This document shows positions 49,418 through 59,444 of a stretch of DNA of 64,000 bases, piece after piece. The notes under the pieces are model-generated. The model saw only the letters and a list, made by a program, of their open reading frames with translations. It was not told where the DNA came from and ran no database searches. Source of the DNA: Salinispira sp. (lineage in GTDB: Bacteria; Spirochaetota; Spirochaetia; DSM-27196; Salinispiraceae); assembly GCA_965602015.1 (NCBI GenBank), contig OZ271918.1, positions 2,816,001-2,880,000 on the forward strand. The letters run 5' to 3'. Every line of letters starts with the position of its first letter. Within the stretch, counting starts at the first letter, position 1. The position numbers and the translations under genes are program-made.

Positions 49418-51022
49418 ATGAAACCACTGTTGGAAAGAGTTTCGGATATTTACTCGTCGGAGCATCCCCAAATTCGCATAAAGGCCAGGACCATGCTTGT
49501 CATCGCACTGGCGTCCTCTGCCCTGCTTATTATCAGCCTGGCAATTCGCCTCATAACGGGTAACTTCGCGGTAGCCCTGCTGGGGGCATCGGCGCTGGCG
49601 GCTATCTGGACCGGAATGGGTTTTCTGTTCAGGGGCAGGGCGGTTGCTGCCAGCAATATTCTTCTTATTGCCGCGGGCACGGGGGCTTTGGCAATTTCCT
49701 ATGAAGGGGTGAGCGGCGATCCGGCGGCGCTGTACTCCGTGGCCTTATACGCAATGATTCCCCTGTTTTCCATCGTGTTGTTCGGCATGAAACGCTATCA
49801 GTATTTTATCATCCTCGGCGAAACCGTCGCGGTGTACGTCCTTGCGCTCATCGTGAAGATCCTCCCCATGGGGCTGGAAACCGCGCAAGTGCTGGGGCCC
49901 GTAATCGGTTCTTCCCTGGTGTTCCTTACCCTCTTCGCATTCCTTTTGGTCGCCAGTCGAAATTCCGAGCGCCTCATCGCAGATGTGGCCCGGCAGGCCG
50001 AAGAACTGCAGCTGCAGATCAACAGGCAAAACGCCTTGCTTGCAAATGTGGAAAAGAGTCTTGATACCGGCAGCGCCCTCCGGGAAAAAGCCGGCTTATC
50101 CCAGGAAATGACTGCAAAAATCAGCGCCAGCCTTGAAGAAATGGGAAAACACACCCACAGCCTTCGGGAACAGGCGGAACTCACCACCAGGTCCCAGCAT
50201 GCGGTAACTCAGGCAAATGACTCGGTGAAAAACCAGATGAGTGAACAGAGCGCGGCGGTAACCGAATCTTCCGCATCAATAGAACAGATGTCGTCGAACA
50301 TCGCATCCATATCCAACTCCGCCCGAGAGAAAAAACAGTTCGTCGACCAGCTCAATAAGCGGCTGTCCGACGGTGAACGTTCAATGGCCCAGACCCGTCA
50401 ACTCATCGAACAGATGAATACATCCATGAAAAGCATGCTGGACATTATCACAGTAATCGAGGATGTTTCGGACCGCACCAACCTGCTGGCCATGAACGCA
50501 TCCATCGAGTCGGCCCATGCGGGGGAACAAGGTCGGGGATTCGCTGTGGTGGCTCAGGAGATCCGCAAGCTCAGCGAGGAGACCCGGGTGAACTCGGCGA
50601 ATATCCGCTCTTCCATTGAGGAAAACCGGGAACTCATGGGCCAAACCCAGGAGGCCATCCTGGCCAACAGCGAGAACTTCAAAGCGATAACCAGTGAGGT
50701 CGTACAGGTTAGCCAGGCATTTCAGGAGATCCTCTCATCGACCCAGGAATTGCAAACCGGAACCATGGAGATCGTACAATCCACCGTTCTGCTCAAAGAC
50801 GGACACGATCAGGTCGATCGTGCCCTGGAAACCATGGAGACCACCATCGCTTCCACCGGCGAGAGCATACAGAAAATCGTAGAATCGGCAAAACTGATCG
50901 GAGAACGCATCGGTGACATCACCCGCACCGCCGGCACCATTCGAGGCGCTGCAGAAGATGTGTCCCGCATCGGCTCGGAAAACCTCGAAGCCGTCGAGAG
51001 CCTCAGAGAAGCCCTCCAGTAG
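49418..51022 (+). CDS. Methyl-accepting chemotaxis protein, about 6 TM segments, no periplasmic domain
   Basis: N-terminal ~180 aa hydrophobic; [33 protein letters not shown]. Confidence 0.92.
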   Translation: MKPLLERVSDIYSSEHPQIRIKARTMLVIALASSALLIISLAIRLITGNFAVALLGASALAAIWTGMGFLFRGRAVAASNILLIAAGTGALAISYEGVSGDPAALYSVALYAMIPLFSIVLFGMKRYQYFIILGETVAVYVLALIVKILPMGLETAQVLGPVIGSSLVFLTLFAFLLVASRNSERLIADVARQAEELQLQINRQNALLANVEKSLDTGSALREKAGLSQEMTAKISASLEEMGKHTHSLREQAELTTRSQHAVTQANDSVKNQMSEQSAAVTESSASIEQMSSNIASISNSAREKKQFVDQLNKRLSDGERSMAQTRQLIEQMNTSMKSMLDIITVIEDVSDRTNLLAMNASIESAHAGEQGRGFAVVAQEIRKLSEETRVNSANIRSSIEENRELMGQTQEAILANSENFKAITSEVVQVSQAFQEILSSTQELQTGTMEIVQSTVLLKDGHDQVDRALETMETTIASTGESIQKIVESAKLIGERIGDITRTAGTIRGAAEDVSRIGSENLEAVESLREALQ

Positions 51023-51063
51023 GTGCATTGGACGTTTTCTCCATCGGATAGTATATTATCAGT

Positions 51064-51249
51064 ATGAAAGTAGAACACAATCCCCTCATACAGAATCCTG
51101 CGGCAGCCGCACCGGAAGTCAAGCAGGAGGTAAGCGTGGATGTTTTAGATAACACTCTCGACATGGCCGCCGAACAGGCTTCACAACTGATCAAGATGAT
51201 GGAAATAAAAGACCCCATGGTCGGTCAGATGGTGGACATTGAAGTATGA
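51064..51249 (+). CDS. YjfB-like small putative motility protein
   Basis: 61 aa; V.VL...LD......QLI.M...G..VD pattern. Confidence 0.7.
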   Translation: MKVEHNPLIQNPAAAAPEVKQEVSVDVLDNTLDMAAEQASQLIKMMEIKDPMVGQMVDIEV

Positions 51250-51301
51250 TCGCACAACCCTGACCGTTTGAGAACGGACAAGACCCCTAAAGATGCAGAT
51301 G

Positions 51302-51332
51302 CCGCCGGGACACATGTTCCGGCGGTTTTTTT
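51302..51332 (+). terminator. Rho-independent terminator
   Basis: CCGCCGG/CCGGCGG stem followed by T7. Confidence 0.7.
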
Positions 51333-53049
51333 ATCCGCCCCCGAGGCGGGCTGCCAGGCTCCGCAGTTCGTCCGCCGAGGATGCGGCGAGAATTTGCTGC
51401 CTGGTTTCCCCCAGCTCCCGTCGGGACAGGCCGCGGATCCGCTCCTTGATTTCCGGAACCGAAACCGGAGCCATGCTGAACTCATCCAGCCCAAGCCCGA
51501 GGAGCAGCGGGAGCGCCAGGGGATCTCCCGCCATTTCCCCGCACATGCCGACCCAACGCTCGCGGGCGTGGGCGGCCTGTAAAACCATGTCGATAAGCCG
51601 GATGACCGCCGGTTGAAAGTAGTCGGCCAGGGGGGCAACCCGTTCATTTGTCCGGTCGGCAGCGAGGGTATACTGGGTCAGATCATTGGTGCCGATGCTG
51701 AAAAAATCCACATGGGGGGCGAAAAGATCCGCGGCCAGGGCGGCGGAGGGAATCTCAATCATTATCCCCAGCTGGGGACGGGCGTTGTGTTCAATTCCCG
51801 CATTGCCAAGTTCGGCGAGCAAATCGCCCACTATCTTTCTGAGATAGATGAATTCCTCGAAGTGGGCGATCATGGGAAACATTATCCGCAGGTCGCATCC
51901 GGCGCCGGCTCGAAGAACTGCTCGGAGCTGGGGAAACAGGAGTTTTTCCGGGTGGGTCAGGGCCAGCCGGACGGCCCGTTCGCCCAGGAAGGGGTTCTGC
52001 TCCGCCGGCATTTCAATACTCGGCAGCTGCTTATCTCCCCCCACATCGAGTGTCCGTACGACGATAGGACGCGTGCCCATTTCGGCAAAAATCTCCCGGT
52101 ACTGGCGGTATTGCTCTTCCTCGCCCGGCAGGGACGGACGCTCGAGAAACAGAAACTCCGTGCGAAACAGCCCCACCCCGTCGGCACCGAACTCATTTGC
52201 CTGCTTGGCGTCATTAAGGTTTCCGATATTCGCAGCCACTTCTATGGTGCTTCCGTCGGCGGTGGTAGCAGGCTTCCTGGCAAGGGCCTTTAGTTTTTGC
52301 CGGTGCTCGCCAAACTCCTTGGCCATTCGCCGGTATTCCTCCTCAACCTGCTCGTTGGGATAAGTAATGACCGCGCCGCTGCTGCCGTCGACGGCGATGC
52401 GGCTTCCGTTCTCAGCGTGAATTTCGCCGATGCCGACCACCGCGGGAATGCCCAGCCCCCGGGAGAGAATGGCCGTATGGCTTGTGGCGCTTCCCAGCCT
52501 GGTGCAGATAGCGAGGGAAGTTCCCGGTGCGAGATGGGCGGTGTCAGTTGGGGTGAGGTCGTCGGCGAGGATTACCGAGGGCTCGGAAAGGTCGGCCAGG
52601 CTGGCATCCTGCACATCCAGAAGAAGGGCCAGCAGGCGGCGGGCCAGGTCCTGAATGTCGGCAATCCGGCCTTGAAAATACTCATCCTCGATTTCGCCAA
52701 ACTCGGCGCAGAGCTGATCGGACACAACTTCTACGGCGTGGGCCGCCCGGTAAGCTTCATCGGCGACCAAACGGCGGATTTCTTCTCCGTAGGACGGATC
52801 TTCGAGAAACTCGAGCTGGATTGCGAATACTTCCACCTCTTCATAGCGCTCCCGCTCCTCCATCAGTTCCACCAGACCGGAAATGTCGCTGGAGGCCCGG
52901 GTCATGGCCGCCTCCAGCCTGTCCTGTTCGGCCTGGCGGTCCCCGGAGAGATCGCGCAGTATCAGTGACTTGAGGTCCTGCTTTACATAGTTAAAAACCG
53001 GACCGACGGCAATGCCCGGACTTGCGGCAATTCCTTTGTATTCGGTCAT
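51331..53049 (-). CDS. ptsI: PTS enzyme I (PEP-protein phosphotransferase)
   Basis: SHTAI phospho-His, GLFRTEF, RTLD.GGDK, SIGTNDL.QY, CGE. Confidence 0.96.
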   Translation of the reverse strand: MTEYKGIAASPGIAVGPVFNYVKQDLKSLILRDLSGDRQAEQDRLEAAMTRASSDISGLVELMEERERYEEVEVFAIQLEFLEDPSYGEEIRRLVADEAYRAAHAVEVVSDQLCAEFGEIEDEYFQGRIADIQDLARRLLALLLDVQDASLADLSEPSVILADDLTPTDTAHLAPGTSLAICTRLGSATSHTAILSRGLGIPAVVGIGEIHAENGSRIAVDGSSGAVITYPNEQVEEEYRRMAKEFGEHRQKLKALARKPATTADGSTIEVAANIGNLNDAKQANEFGADGVGLFRTEFLFLERPSLPGEEEQYRQYREIFAEMGTRPIVVRTLDVGGDKQLPSIEMPAEQNPFLGERAVRLALTHPEKLLFPQLRAVLRAGAGCDLRIMFPMIAHFEEFIYLRKIVGDLLAELGNAGIEHNARPQLGIMIEIPSAALAADLFAPHVDFFSIGTNDLTQYTLAADRTNERVAPLADYFQPAVIRLIDMVLQAAHARERWVGMCGEMAGDPLALPLLLGLGLDEFSMAPVSVPEIKERIRGLSRRELGETRQQILAASSADELRSLAARLGGG

Positions 53050-53128
53050 CCTCGCTCCGCCCTCTATTATATAAATGTAATGTATAAAAGAATGTCTGTT
53101 TTACACGGCTGTCGTATGCGGATATCCG

Positions 53129-53398
53129 TTATTCCTCGCTACTGGCGAGAAACTCGCCAAGGGCGTCGGCAGCTTTTTGCTCGTCCGGACCGTCGAGGGT
53201 CAGTTCTACCTGATGGTCCTGGGCGCAGGCGATTTTCATCACCTTTACCAGACTCTTTGCGTCGACCTGTTCACCATCCCGGGTGAGGTTTCGAATCCTG
53301 ATGGTCGCATCGAAGGATTTTGCGAGTTTAACGAATTTGCCCGCCGGCCGGGCGTGAAGCCCGACGGCGAACAGCACGGTATGCGTGGCGGTGATCAT
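53129..53398 (-). CDS. ptsH: Phosphocarrier protein HPr
   Basis: GLHARPA, DAKS, GPDE. Confidence 0.95.
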   Translation of the reverse strand: MITATHTVLFAVGLHARPAGKFVKLAKSFDATIRIRNLTRDGEQVDAKSLVKVMKIACAQDHQVELTLDGPDEQKAADALGEFLASSEE

Positions 53399-54693
53399 GC
53401 GCCCTCCCGCTTGATGGTTTTCTCCTGAAGGGTTCTCAGATGATATATTGTGGTGGTCGTATCGATATCCACATCGGAGTAGGTTACCGGTTCGCCGGCC
53501 TTTACATCGTTTTTTATCACCGCATTGGGCGCGAGGCCCAGGGGCAACAGGTCCTGTTCTGCAGCGATCTTCGAACTCTCAATCATGCCGTACACCGTAA
53601 ACCCTCCGAGGGCGTCGATGACGTCACCCGCCTTGAGGTCTTTCTTGGCATAGGTGACGGTTTCGCACACCGGATGAATGTCCGTGGCGATGGTGGTTTC
53701 GTTGTTGAGCACGGCCCGGGCGATGGAGACCGGGGTTTCAAGACTGGTTAGATGATAAGGCCGGTAAAGAGCCCAGTAGGGCCCGGGACCCATGCTGAGG
53801 TATTTCAGGTCACGGGCGAGCTTCGGATGGTCGGTTGTAAATATGACAAATACTCCCGGCGCAATTCCCCGGCAGTATTCCACCACCTGGGTTTTTGAAA
53901 GAACTCCGCCGTCTTTTTTCGGTATAAAGACGTCCTGCAGGGTTTTTGGGCCCGCCTCGGGACCGTGCATCCCCCGGACGTCGGGAACGAAACCGATTGC
54001 GTTGCCCAGACTGGTCATTTCAACCATGGTTTTGGTTCCATCGACAAAACTGGAGAGCATTTTCGGGTTCATTTGCTGGGCCTTCGCCTTCTCGGCGAGG
54101 GTTTCGGGGTTGCCGCTCCGGTCCAGAGGATTATTTTTTCCCTTTCCCGCGGCGACGACTTCAAAGCCAAGACCCACGGCAAAATCGTAGAGTTCCATGG
54201 TGGTTCCCGGTTCGTCGCCGGCGGTGAGGGTGTAGACCACGCCGGCGGCCCTGGCCATTTTCCGGAGGATGTACCCCACGGTGGCGTCGGTTTCCACATT
54301 CATCTGCAATACATGCTTTCGGTTGAGAATGGCCTCGTAGGCGATTTGCGCGCCGATTTCCGGTATGCCGGTGGCTTCGACAACGATATCAAGATCGGGG
54401 ATGCGGCTGATAATTCCCGCATCGGCGGTTCCCACATGTTTGCCGTCCCGAACCGCCTGACTTGCTGTGGCCAGATCATCTGTGAGAATATAATCGCTTT
54501 TTTCAAGACGCATGGATTTGAGTACGGCTTCCGGGCGCCCGGGCACCACATCGGCCACGGCAAATGCCCGCATACCGGTCATCAGCTCCATTTGGCAGGC
54601 AAGTCCTTCGCCCATCTGTCCGGCCCCGACTAACCCGACCTTTATGGTTTTTCCCTGTGCGGCGTAATCCCGCAAGGATTTTATCAGTTCCAT
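53395..54693 (-). CDS. NAD(P)-dependent oxidoreductase with C-terminal SAF domain (COG4091 homoserine-dehydrogenase-like)
   Basis: GAGQMG, NVE.D.TVG, GDEP, GKGKNN, SFVDGTK...EM, RPYHL, SAF tail. Confidence 0.85.
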   Translation of the reverse strand: MELIKSLRDYAAQGKTIKVGLVGAGQMGEGLACQMELMTGMRAFAVADVVPGRPEAVLKSMRLEKSDYILTDDLATASQAVRDGKHVGTADAGIISRIPDLDIVVEATGIPEIGAQIAYEAILNRKHVLQMNVETDATVGYILRKMARAAGVVYTLTAGDEPGTTMELYDFAVGLGFEVVAAGKGKNNPLDRSGNPETLAEKAKAQQMNPKMLSSFVDGTKTMVEMTSLGNAIGFVPDVRGMHGPEAGPKTLQDVFIPKKDGGVLSKTQVVEYCRGIAPGVFVIFTTDHPKLARDLKYLSMGPGPYWALYRPYHLTSLETPVSIARAVLNNETTIATDIHPVCETVTYAKKDLKAGDVIDALGGFTVYGMIESSKIAAEQDLLPLGLAPNAVIKNDVKAGEPVTYSDVDIDTTTTIYHLRTLQEKTIKREGA

Positions 54694-54694
54694 C

Positions 54695-55060
54695 TCACGC
54701 TCCTGTAATCTCGACCACTGAGCCCGGCCCAAGATCCGGCACCGGCTGCTGGGGGAGGTTGATGTCTCCCTGCATTTCCGCTTCCGCTAGTCCGTTGAAT
54801 TTCAATACAAGGTGGCCGAGGTTGGCCAGATTTTCATTGGCCACCGGACCCACTGCCAGTACCGGAAAGGCGGTTCCGTTGATGACAACCGAATCGCCGA
54901 CCACCACGGGAGATGCGGGCTTATCGGTGGTGGAATGGACAAAGGCGGTTTCCTGCAGCTCTTCGGGAGCATTAACGGCGAAAAAAACCAGAATGCCCTC
55001 GTCGACAAATTCCTGAGCGAGCTCGCCGACGGACTGTATCTCAGCGCGGTATTTCGTCAT
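54695..55060 (-). CDS. srlB: PTS glucitol/sorbitol-family EIIA
   Basis: APEEL....F.H, AVG.VA..NL..LGH.VL.F.G. Confidence 0.9.
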   Translation of the reverse strand: MTKYRAEIQSVGELAQEFVDEGILVFFAVNAPEELQETAFVHSTTDKPASPVVVGDSVVINGTAFPVLAVGPVANENLANLGHLVLKFNGLAEAEMQGDINLPQQPVPDLGPGSVVEITGA

Positions 55061-55123
55061 GACGTCTCCTCGACATCCCAATAAGGTATGAGGCAATGCT
55101 TTATTTCATCAAAGTTGTGCGAT

Positions 55124-55152
55124 AAACGGCCGGGACTACACCCCGGCCGTTT
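55124..55152. other. Intra-operon hairpin between the EIIB and EIIA genes
   Basis: AAACGGCCGGG/CCCGGCCGTTT 11-bp stem. Confidence 0.55.
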
Positions 55153-55164
55153 TTGACTTGTCGC

Positions 55165-55662
55165 CTACTCGACGGGTTTGATATTCTCCGGCTTGACGCC
55201 GGACACGAAGTTTTCTTCGGTGATGTATTTCATCAGCGGCCCGGAAGGCGTTGCTGCGTGAATATCAATGGTCGGTATGCCCTTCATGGGGTACACGCCG
55301 ACCCGGGCGGTTCCGCCGCAGTCTATAACCGCTGCGGCGATTTCTCCGAAATCCGCCTTTGATTTGAATCCGTCAAAGGGTTCAGCTCCGGTGAGGTCTG
55401 CCAGTCGCTGGGCCACGGGATGGATGCCCCCACCGGTAACTGAGTATATCAGTCTCCGCGTACTGTTGGGGGCGATGGTCAGAGGACCACCCCATCCCTT
55501 GGTTCCAGCTTCTACCACGGCGGCCTTGAAGCCTTCACCGGGTTTGATGTCCGGTGCGGGCTTGGCGGGGCCGGCGGAGCTGGCTGCGGACGATGCGCTC
55601 GCCGCAGGTTTTTCAGGCGCGGATCCGATTAATGCTTTTTTTACACTGTCCCAGAATCCCAT
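55165..55662 (-). CDS. srlE: Stand-alone glucitol-family EIIB (SrlE N-terminal half)
   Basis: GWGGPL, VTGGG.HP.A, DGFK, IDCGGT.R.GVYP, SGPL..YI.E..FVS.V. Confidence 0.88.
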   Translation of the reverse strand: MGFWDSVKKALIGSAPEKPAASASSAASSAGPAKPAPDIKPGEGFKAAVVEAGTKGWGGPLTIAPNSTRRLIYSVTGGGIHPVAQRLADLTGAEPFDGFKSKADFGEIAAAVIDCGGTARVGVYPMKGIPTIDIHAATPSGPLMKYITEENFVSGVKPENIKPVE

Positions 55663-55679
55663 TTCCTACTCCTGTTTCC

Positions 55680-56222
55680 TTAGGCGTACATTCCGATGCT
55701 GGCTGCCCATGCGAGCAACACGGCAATTGGACCGGTGATCATACGGCTGAAAAGCACCGCAGGCACGCCGATCTCGACGGTATATGGCTCAGCTTCTCCC
55801 AATGAGAGGCCTACGGGAATAAAGTCACAACCTACCTGGGGGTTGATGGCGAACAGTGCGGGCAGGGCGTTTTGGGGGGCGATGTTTCCCCGTCCGATTT
55901 CAACACCGATGAGGGTACCGATAATCTGGGCAATAACCGCTCCGGGCCCCAGCAGCGGGGAGAGAATCGGGAATCCGACGATTATCGAGAGCACCAACAG
56001 ACCGACGAAACTGTTCGCCAGACCGGTCAGACCTTCGGAAATCCAGTTACCAACTCCGGTGGCCAATACGATACCGATGATCAGGGAGATAAATGCCATG
56101 AACGGCAGGACGTTCTTCACGACCTGATCTACCGAATCACGACCGGCCTGATACAGCTTTGCAACGACGCCGCCAACCGCGCGGCCGATGACTTCAAGTA
56201 CTTTTGCTACGGGATTTGCCAT
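55680..56222 (-). CDS. srlE: Stand-alone glucitol-family EIIC2 (SrlE C-terminal half)
   Basis: [43 protein letters not shown]. Confidence 0.88.
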   Translation of the reverse strand: MANPVAKVLEVIGRAVGGVVAKLYQAGRDSVDQVVKNVLPFMAFISLIIGIVLATGVGNWISEGLTGLANSFVGLLVLSIIVGFPILSPLLGPGAVIAQIIGTLIGVEIGRGNIAPQNALPALFAINPQVGCDFIPVGLSLGEAEPYTVEIGVPAVLFSRMITGPIAVLLAWAASIGMYA

Positions 56223-56232
56223 ATCTTCCTCC

Positions 56233-56760
56233 TCAGTCCTTCTTCCACATGATGGCGGTGATACGCTCGGTAACAATACCGCGGATAAAAATTACCACCA
56301 AACCGATCAACAGGTAGCGGATCGCCAAATCACCCAGATTAAGACCCAGGGTGGTTATACCGGCGGCGATACCGGACCATACAAAAATCTCACCGGGATT
56401 GATGTGAGGGAAGATACCCAACGGAGGATGCACGTAGGATACCGCCGCATCGTAAAACGCCGGTTTGAACTTTTCGGGCAGGAACCGACCCATGGTGTAG
56501 GCCATCGGGTTGGTCAGAAAGAAGACCGACAGGAACGGCAGCAGGATGTACCGGATGGGGTAAAAAAGAATCCCGTCGCGGGCGGCCCATTCACCGACCT
56601 TGTTGATCTTGTCCGGACCGATCAGCGCGATAAGGGTGTTTACCGCGGTCATCAGAACGATGAGCAGTGGGATGATTCCAGTCACCAGGCCTAAAAACGT
56701 GTTTCCGCCTTCCTGGAATACCCCGATAAAATTATTCGCGAAGTTAGCTAAGGCTTCCAT
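56233..56760 (-). CDS. srlA: PTS glucitol/sorbitol-family EIIC
   Basis: NPM....G.FLPE..KP.FY, H...G.FPH.NPGE.FV..GIA.G. Confidence 0.92.
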   Translation of the reverse strand: MEALANFANNFIGVFQEGGNTFLGLVTGIIPLLIVLMTAVNTLIALIGPDKINKVGEWAARDGILFYPIRYILLPFLSVFFLTNPMAYTMGRFLPEKFKPAFYDAAVSYVHPPLGIFPHINPGEIFVWSGIAAGITTLGLNLGDLAIRYLLIGLVVIFIRGIVTERITAIMWKKD

Positions 56761-56829
56761 AGCTCCTCCTATAATTTTTTTCCCGTCAACGACGGGGTTT
56801 GCACTGTGTTATGAGCCTGCCTGAATCCC

Positions 56830-57336
56830 TTATGCTCCGGCAGCCACTTCATTTTTTTTGCCTGATCCGGCCTCTTTGGCCTCTTCTGTTTCTTTGGCCT
56901 CTTCTGTTTCTTTGGTCTCTTCTGTTTCTTTGGCCTCTTCCGCTTCCTCAGCCAGCCTGCGGTCATGTCGGGCGATGAACTGAGCGGCGTTCATAAATGC
57001 GCTCCAGAGTTTCTTAGATACGCCGGGGACCGGGTCGTCCTGCTCGAACCTGCTGAGATGAAGTCCTTCGAGCTCGGGCACGTCCTTCAGGTTCGCGAAT
57101 ACCGTAAATCCCGTCAGGCTCTGAGCTCTGACCACATTACGTTCATCGTCGCAGACCAGAACTCCGTATTTTTTCAGGGTCCAGTTTCTGCCGCTTTGGC
57201 CCACCGCCGTCGCCGGCCCCAGCTTGCGCAAATTCGCCACCTGCTGATGAAAACGCTTGGTCTGCAGCAGGGAGAGAATGAGTTGGAGCATCCACACAAA
57301 GGCGAAGGCCAGGAAAAACAGTGACATGGGTCTCAT
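56830..57336 (-). CDS. gutM: GutM-like activator with an acidic repeat tail
   Basis: N-terminal TM with W..Q..L...Q, G.TVFA motif; ATGA overlap with the upstream regulator. Confidence 0.8.
   Translation of the reverse strand: MRPMSLFFLAFAFVWMLQLILSLLQTKRFHQQVANLRKLGPATAVGQSGRNWTLKKYGVLVCDDERNVVRAQSLTGFTVFANLKDVPELEGLHLSRFEQDDPVPGVSKKLWSAFMNAAQFIARHDRRLAEEAEEAKETEETKETEEAKETEEAKEAGSGKKNEVAAGA
56873..56940. repeat. Coding tandem repeat, about 3.8 x 18 bp (EEAKET)
   Basis: TCTTTGGCCTCTTCTGTT units at 56873, 56891, 56909 and 56927 (partial). Confidence 0.9.
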
Positions 57337-58313
57337 TTTTGACTCCTATCCGTACAATCTGTTCCGGCGGGGGCCTTCTTCAGAAGCTCGCCGGCGGTGT
57401 CGCTGTCGGTGACAAGCACATTGACATAGCAGCCCGCCACCGCCGCCCGGATGGCGTCGACCTTTTTCCGTCCGGCGGCCACGCCGATTACCCGGGGTAT
57501 ACTTCTCAGCGCCGCAATATCCATACCGATGACCCGGCGGTTAAAATCCAGGCTGAGCATCTCGCCCTCTCCATCCAGCTGATGAGCCAGAATATCTCCC
57601 ACCGAGCCTTCCTTGGCAAACTGGTCGAGGGTGCGCCGGTCTATCAGCTTCGCCTGCAAAAGGGAATTGATTGCCGGATCGATGGAACCGATACCGACAA
57701 GTGCAAGGTCGCAGCCACGAGCCAACTCGATGCTCTGCCGAATCACCGGCTCCGCAAGAAGGGCCTCTGCCACTTCAGGCCGACGAACAACCAGGGGAGC
57801 GGGAAAATATCGCTCGGCGGCCCCGGTCTTTTCGCCAAGTTCGCGGACTATTTCGCTGCCGTTGGCCGAAGGATCATCAAGGGAGGCGGCGCCGGAAAGC
57901 TGCACCACCGTCACACCCTTCAGGCTTTGGGGCTCAAGCTGGCGGATGACGTCGCGAATCGTCCGGCTCCAAGCCATACCCACTGTGAACCTGTCCTTGA
58001 GGGAATCAGCAAGACATTCGGCCCCGGCCTTGGCGAGAACCGTCAGGTTCAAATCAGGGGATTCCAGGCTCTGAACCACCCGGGCGTCCGCCAGGGAAAA
58101 GTGATGAATCAGCCGCTGTTCAAGGCCGGTCTGCCGGCTAATGGGGTATGCGATACGGATATCGACAATCTTTTGACTCCGGGCTTCGCTGATCATCTTT
58201 GAAACCATGGAGCGCGATTTCTTTATCCGCCGGGCAATATCAGCCTGACTCAAGCTGTCGAGAAAGTACCATTTGGCTACCTGTACCAGCACTTCGCTCT
58301 GTTTCATCGGCAT
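57333..58313 (-). CDS. SorC/DeoR-family sugar-binding transcriptional regulator
   Basis: VA.WY....SQ..IA....SR..VS HTH, W..T, G.VGDI, A.G..K..AI.AA, LVTD; start 58313 or 58307. Confidence 0.92.
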   Translation of the reverse strand: MPMKQSEVLVQVAKWYFLDSLSQADIARRIKKSRSMVSKMISEARSQKIVDIRIAYPISRQTGLEQRLIHHFSLADARVVQSLESPDLNLTVLAKAGAECLADSLKDRFTVGMAWSRTIRDVIRQLEPQSLKGVTVVQLSGAASLDDPSANGSEIVRELGEKTGAAERYFPAPLVVRRPEVAEALLAEPVIRQSIELARGCDLALVGIGSIDPAINSLLQAKLIDRRTLDQFAKEGSVGDILAHQLDGEGEMLSLDFNRRVIGMDIAALRSIPRVIGVAAGRKKVDAIRAAVAGCYVNVLVTDSDTAGELLKKAPAGTDCTDRSQK

Positions 58314-58339
58314 TCACAAATGTGAATCGTTATTCACAT
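58312..58339. promoter_or_regulatory. Overlapping palindromes, candidate SorC-type operator
   Basis: ATTCACA-AA-TGTGAAT (58312-58327) and ATGTGAAT-N4-ATTCACAT (58320-58339) at the start of the PTS operon. Confidence 0.6.
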
Positions 58340-58517
58340 CTGGTATTACGCTAAACCCCAATAACAGCGCTGTCAAGGAAATATTTTACAAGCCTGCAAT
58401 TTTTTTCTAAATGCCGTTCGGTTATTGATAATTTTTTCTCTATACATGTGGCGAATAATGAGCTTTTTTGTGATTTTGGCGAATATTAGCGTGTATGGCT
58501 GCGGGTACGCCGGCGGG

Positions 58518-59444
58518 CTACAGAAGCTGTTCGGCGCTGTGCGCGTCGGTTATCAGGGCTGTAACCCATCCGCCCTTGAGAACCGCGCGGATTGCACCGG
58601 TTTTAGCGTCGCCGCTGGCAATGAGAACAACATGGTCGAGCTTCTTCATTTCTTCCAGGGGAATATGGAGGATGCGGTCCGTCACTTCCCGGTTTACCGC
58701 CTGTCCCTCTGCATCGACGAAGGAGAAATTTATTGCCGCCACCGCCCCTGCCTCGCCCATGGTTTTTAAGTCGGCGGACGTAAAAATGGCATTTCGGGCC
58801 ATACTCGACTCAACTTCGATTCCCGAACAGCTCACCAGCCCAACATCAATGCGGTCCCATATTTCCCTTACCGATGCGAAACCTCGGCTGTCGTACAGGC
58901 TCCTGCATAGTTCAGGACTATCGTTGACTGCCGGAGCATTGACCAGGAAGGCCCGGCCTCCGAGCTTGTCTGCAAAAATCCGGGCAATACTGTTGGGGTA
59001 AATTCCGGTTTCGACGGTTCCCATGGCTCCCACCATGGGAATAACATCGGTTTCAAGTGGCGTGGGAACAGAGAGCGCTTCTCCCACGGCCTTCATGGTC
59101 TCTCCCCAACTCACTCCGAGGGTTCCGTGCATAGGCAGTATTCTCGGGAGCATCTCCCGCAAAGCCCCGGCGAGATTTTGCCGGTCAAGATCGTCGCCCT
59201 GATAACCCGGCGTAATAAGACATTCGTTTAGCCCGTAGCGCTTTTCGATTGCGGCTTCAAGCTCATCGAAGTTGTCTTTTACTTCGGCGATGCTGATTTT
59301 GACAATGCCCGATTCCCGGGCCCGGGACAAACCCCGGGACACCGATGCCACGGAAACGCTGAGTTTTTTTGCGATTTCACTCTGGGAGAGTCCGTCCATG
59401 TAATAGAGGCGTGCGATTTTATGTTCCAGCTTTAAATCCGACAT
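58518..59444 (-). CDS. Second SorC/LsrR-family sugar-binding regulator
   Basis: IARLYY..GLSQ.EIA, SWGET, A.G..K..AI...L, LITD. Confidence 0.92.
   Translation of the reverse strand: MSDLKLEHKIARLYYMDGLSQSEIAKKLSVSVASVSRGLSRARESGIVKISIAEVKDNFDELEAAIEKRYGLNECLITPGYQGDDLDRQNLAGALREMLPRILPMHGTLGVSWGETMKAVGEALSVPTPLETDVIPMVGAMGTVETGIYPNSIARIFADKLGGRAFLVNAPAVNDSPELCRSLYDSRGFASVREIWDRIDVGLVSCSGIEVESSMARNAIFTSADLKTMGEAGAVAAINFSFVDAEGQAVNREVTDRILHIPLEEMKKLDHVVLIASGDAKTGAIRAVLKGGWVTALITDAHSAEQLL

Noticed and set aside
32663..51250. Integrase-type genomic island at tRNA-Pro
   Set aside because: No integrase and no duplicated tRNA 3' end were seen by eye in the window.
53395..54693. True homoserine dehydrogenase or flagellar FlgA
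   Set aside because: Lacks hom context and an ACT domain; the SAF domain is only a C-terminal tail; the gene sits in a sugar PTS operon.
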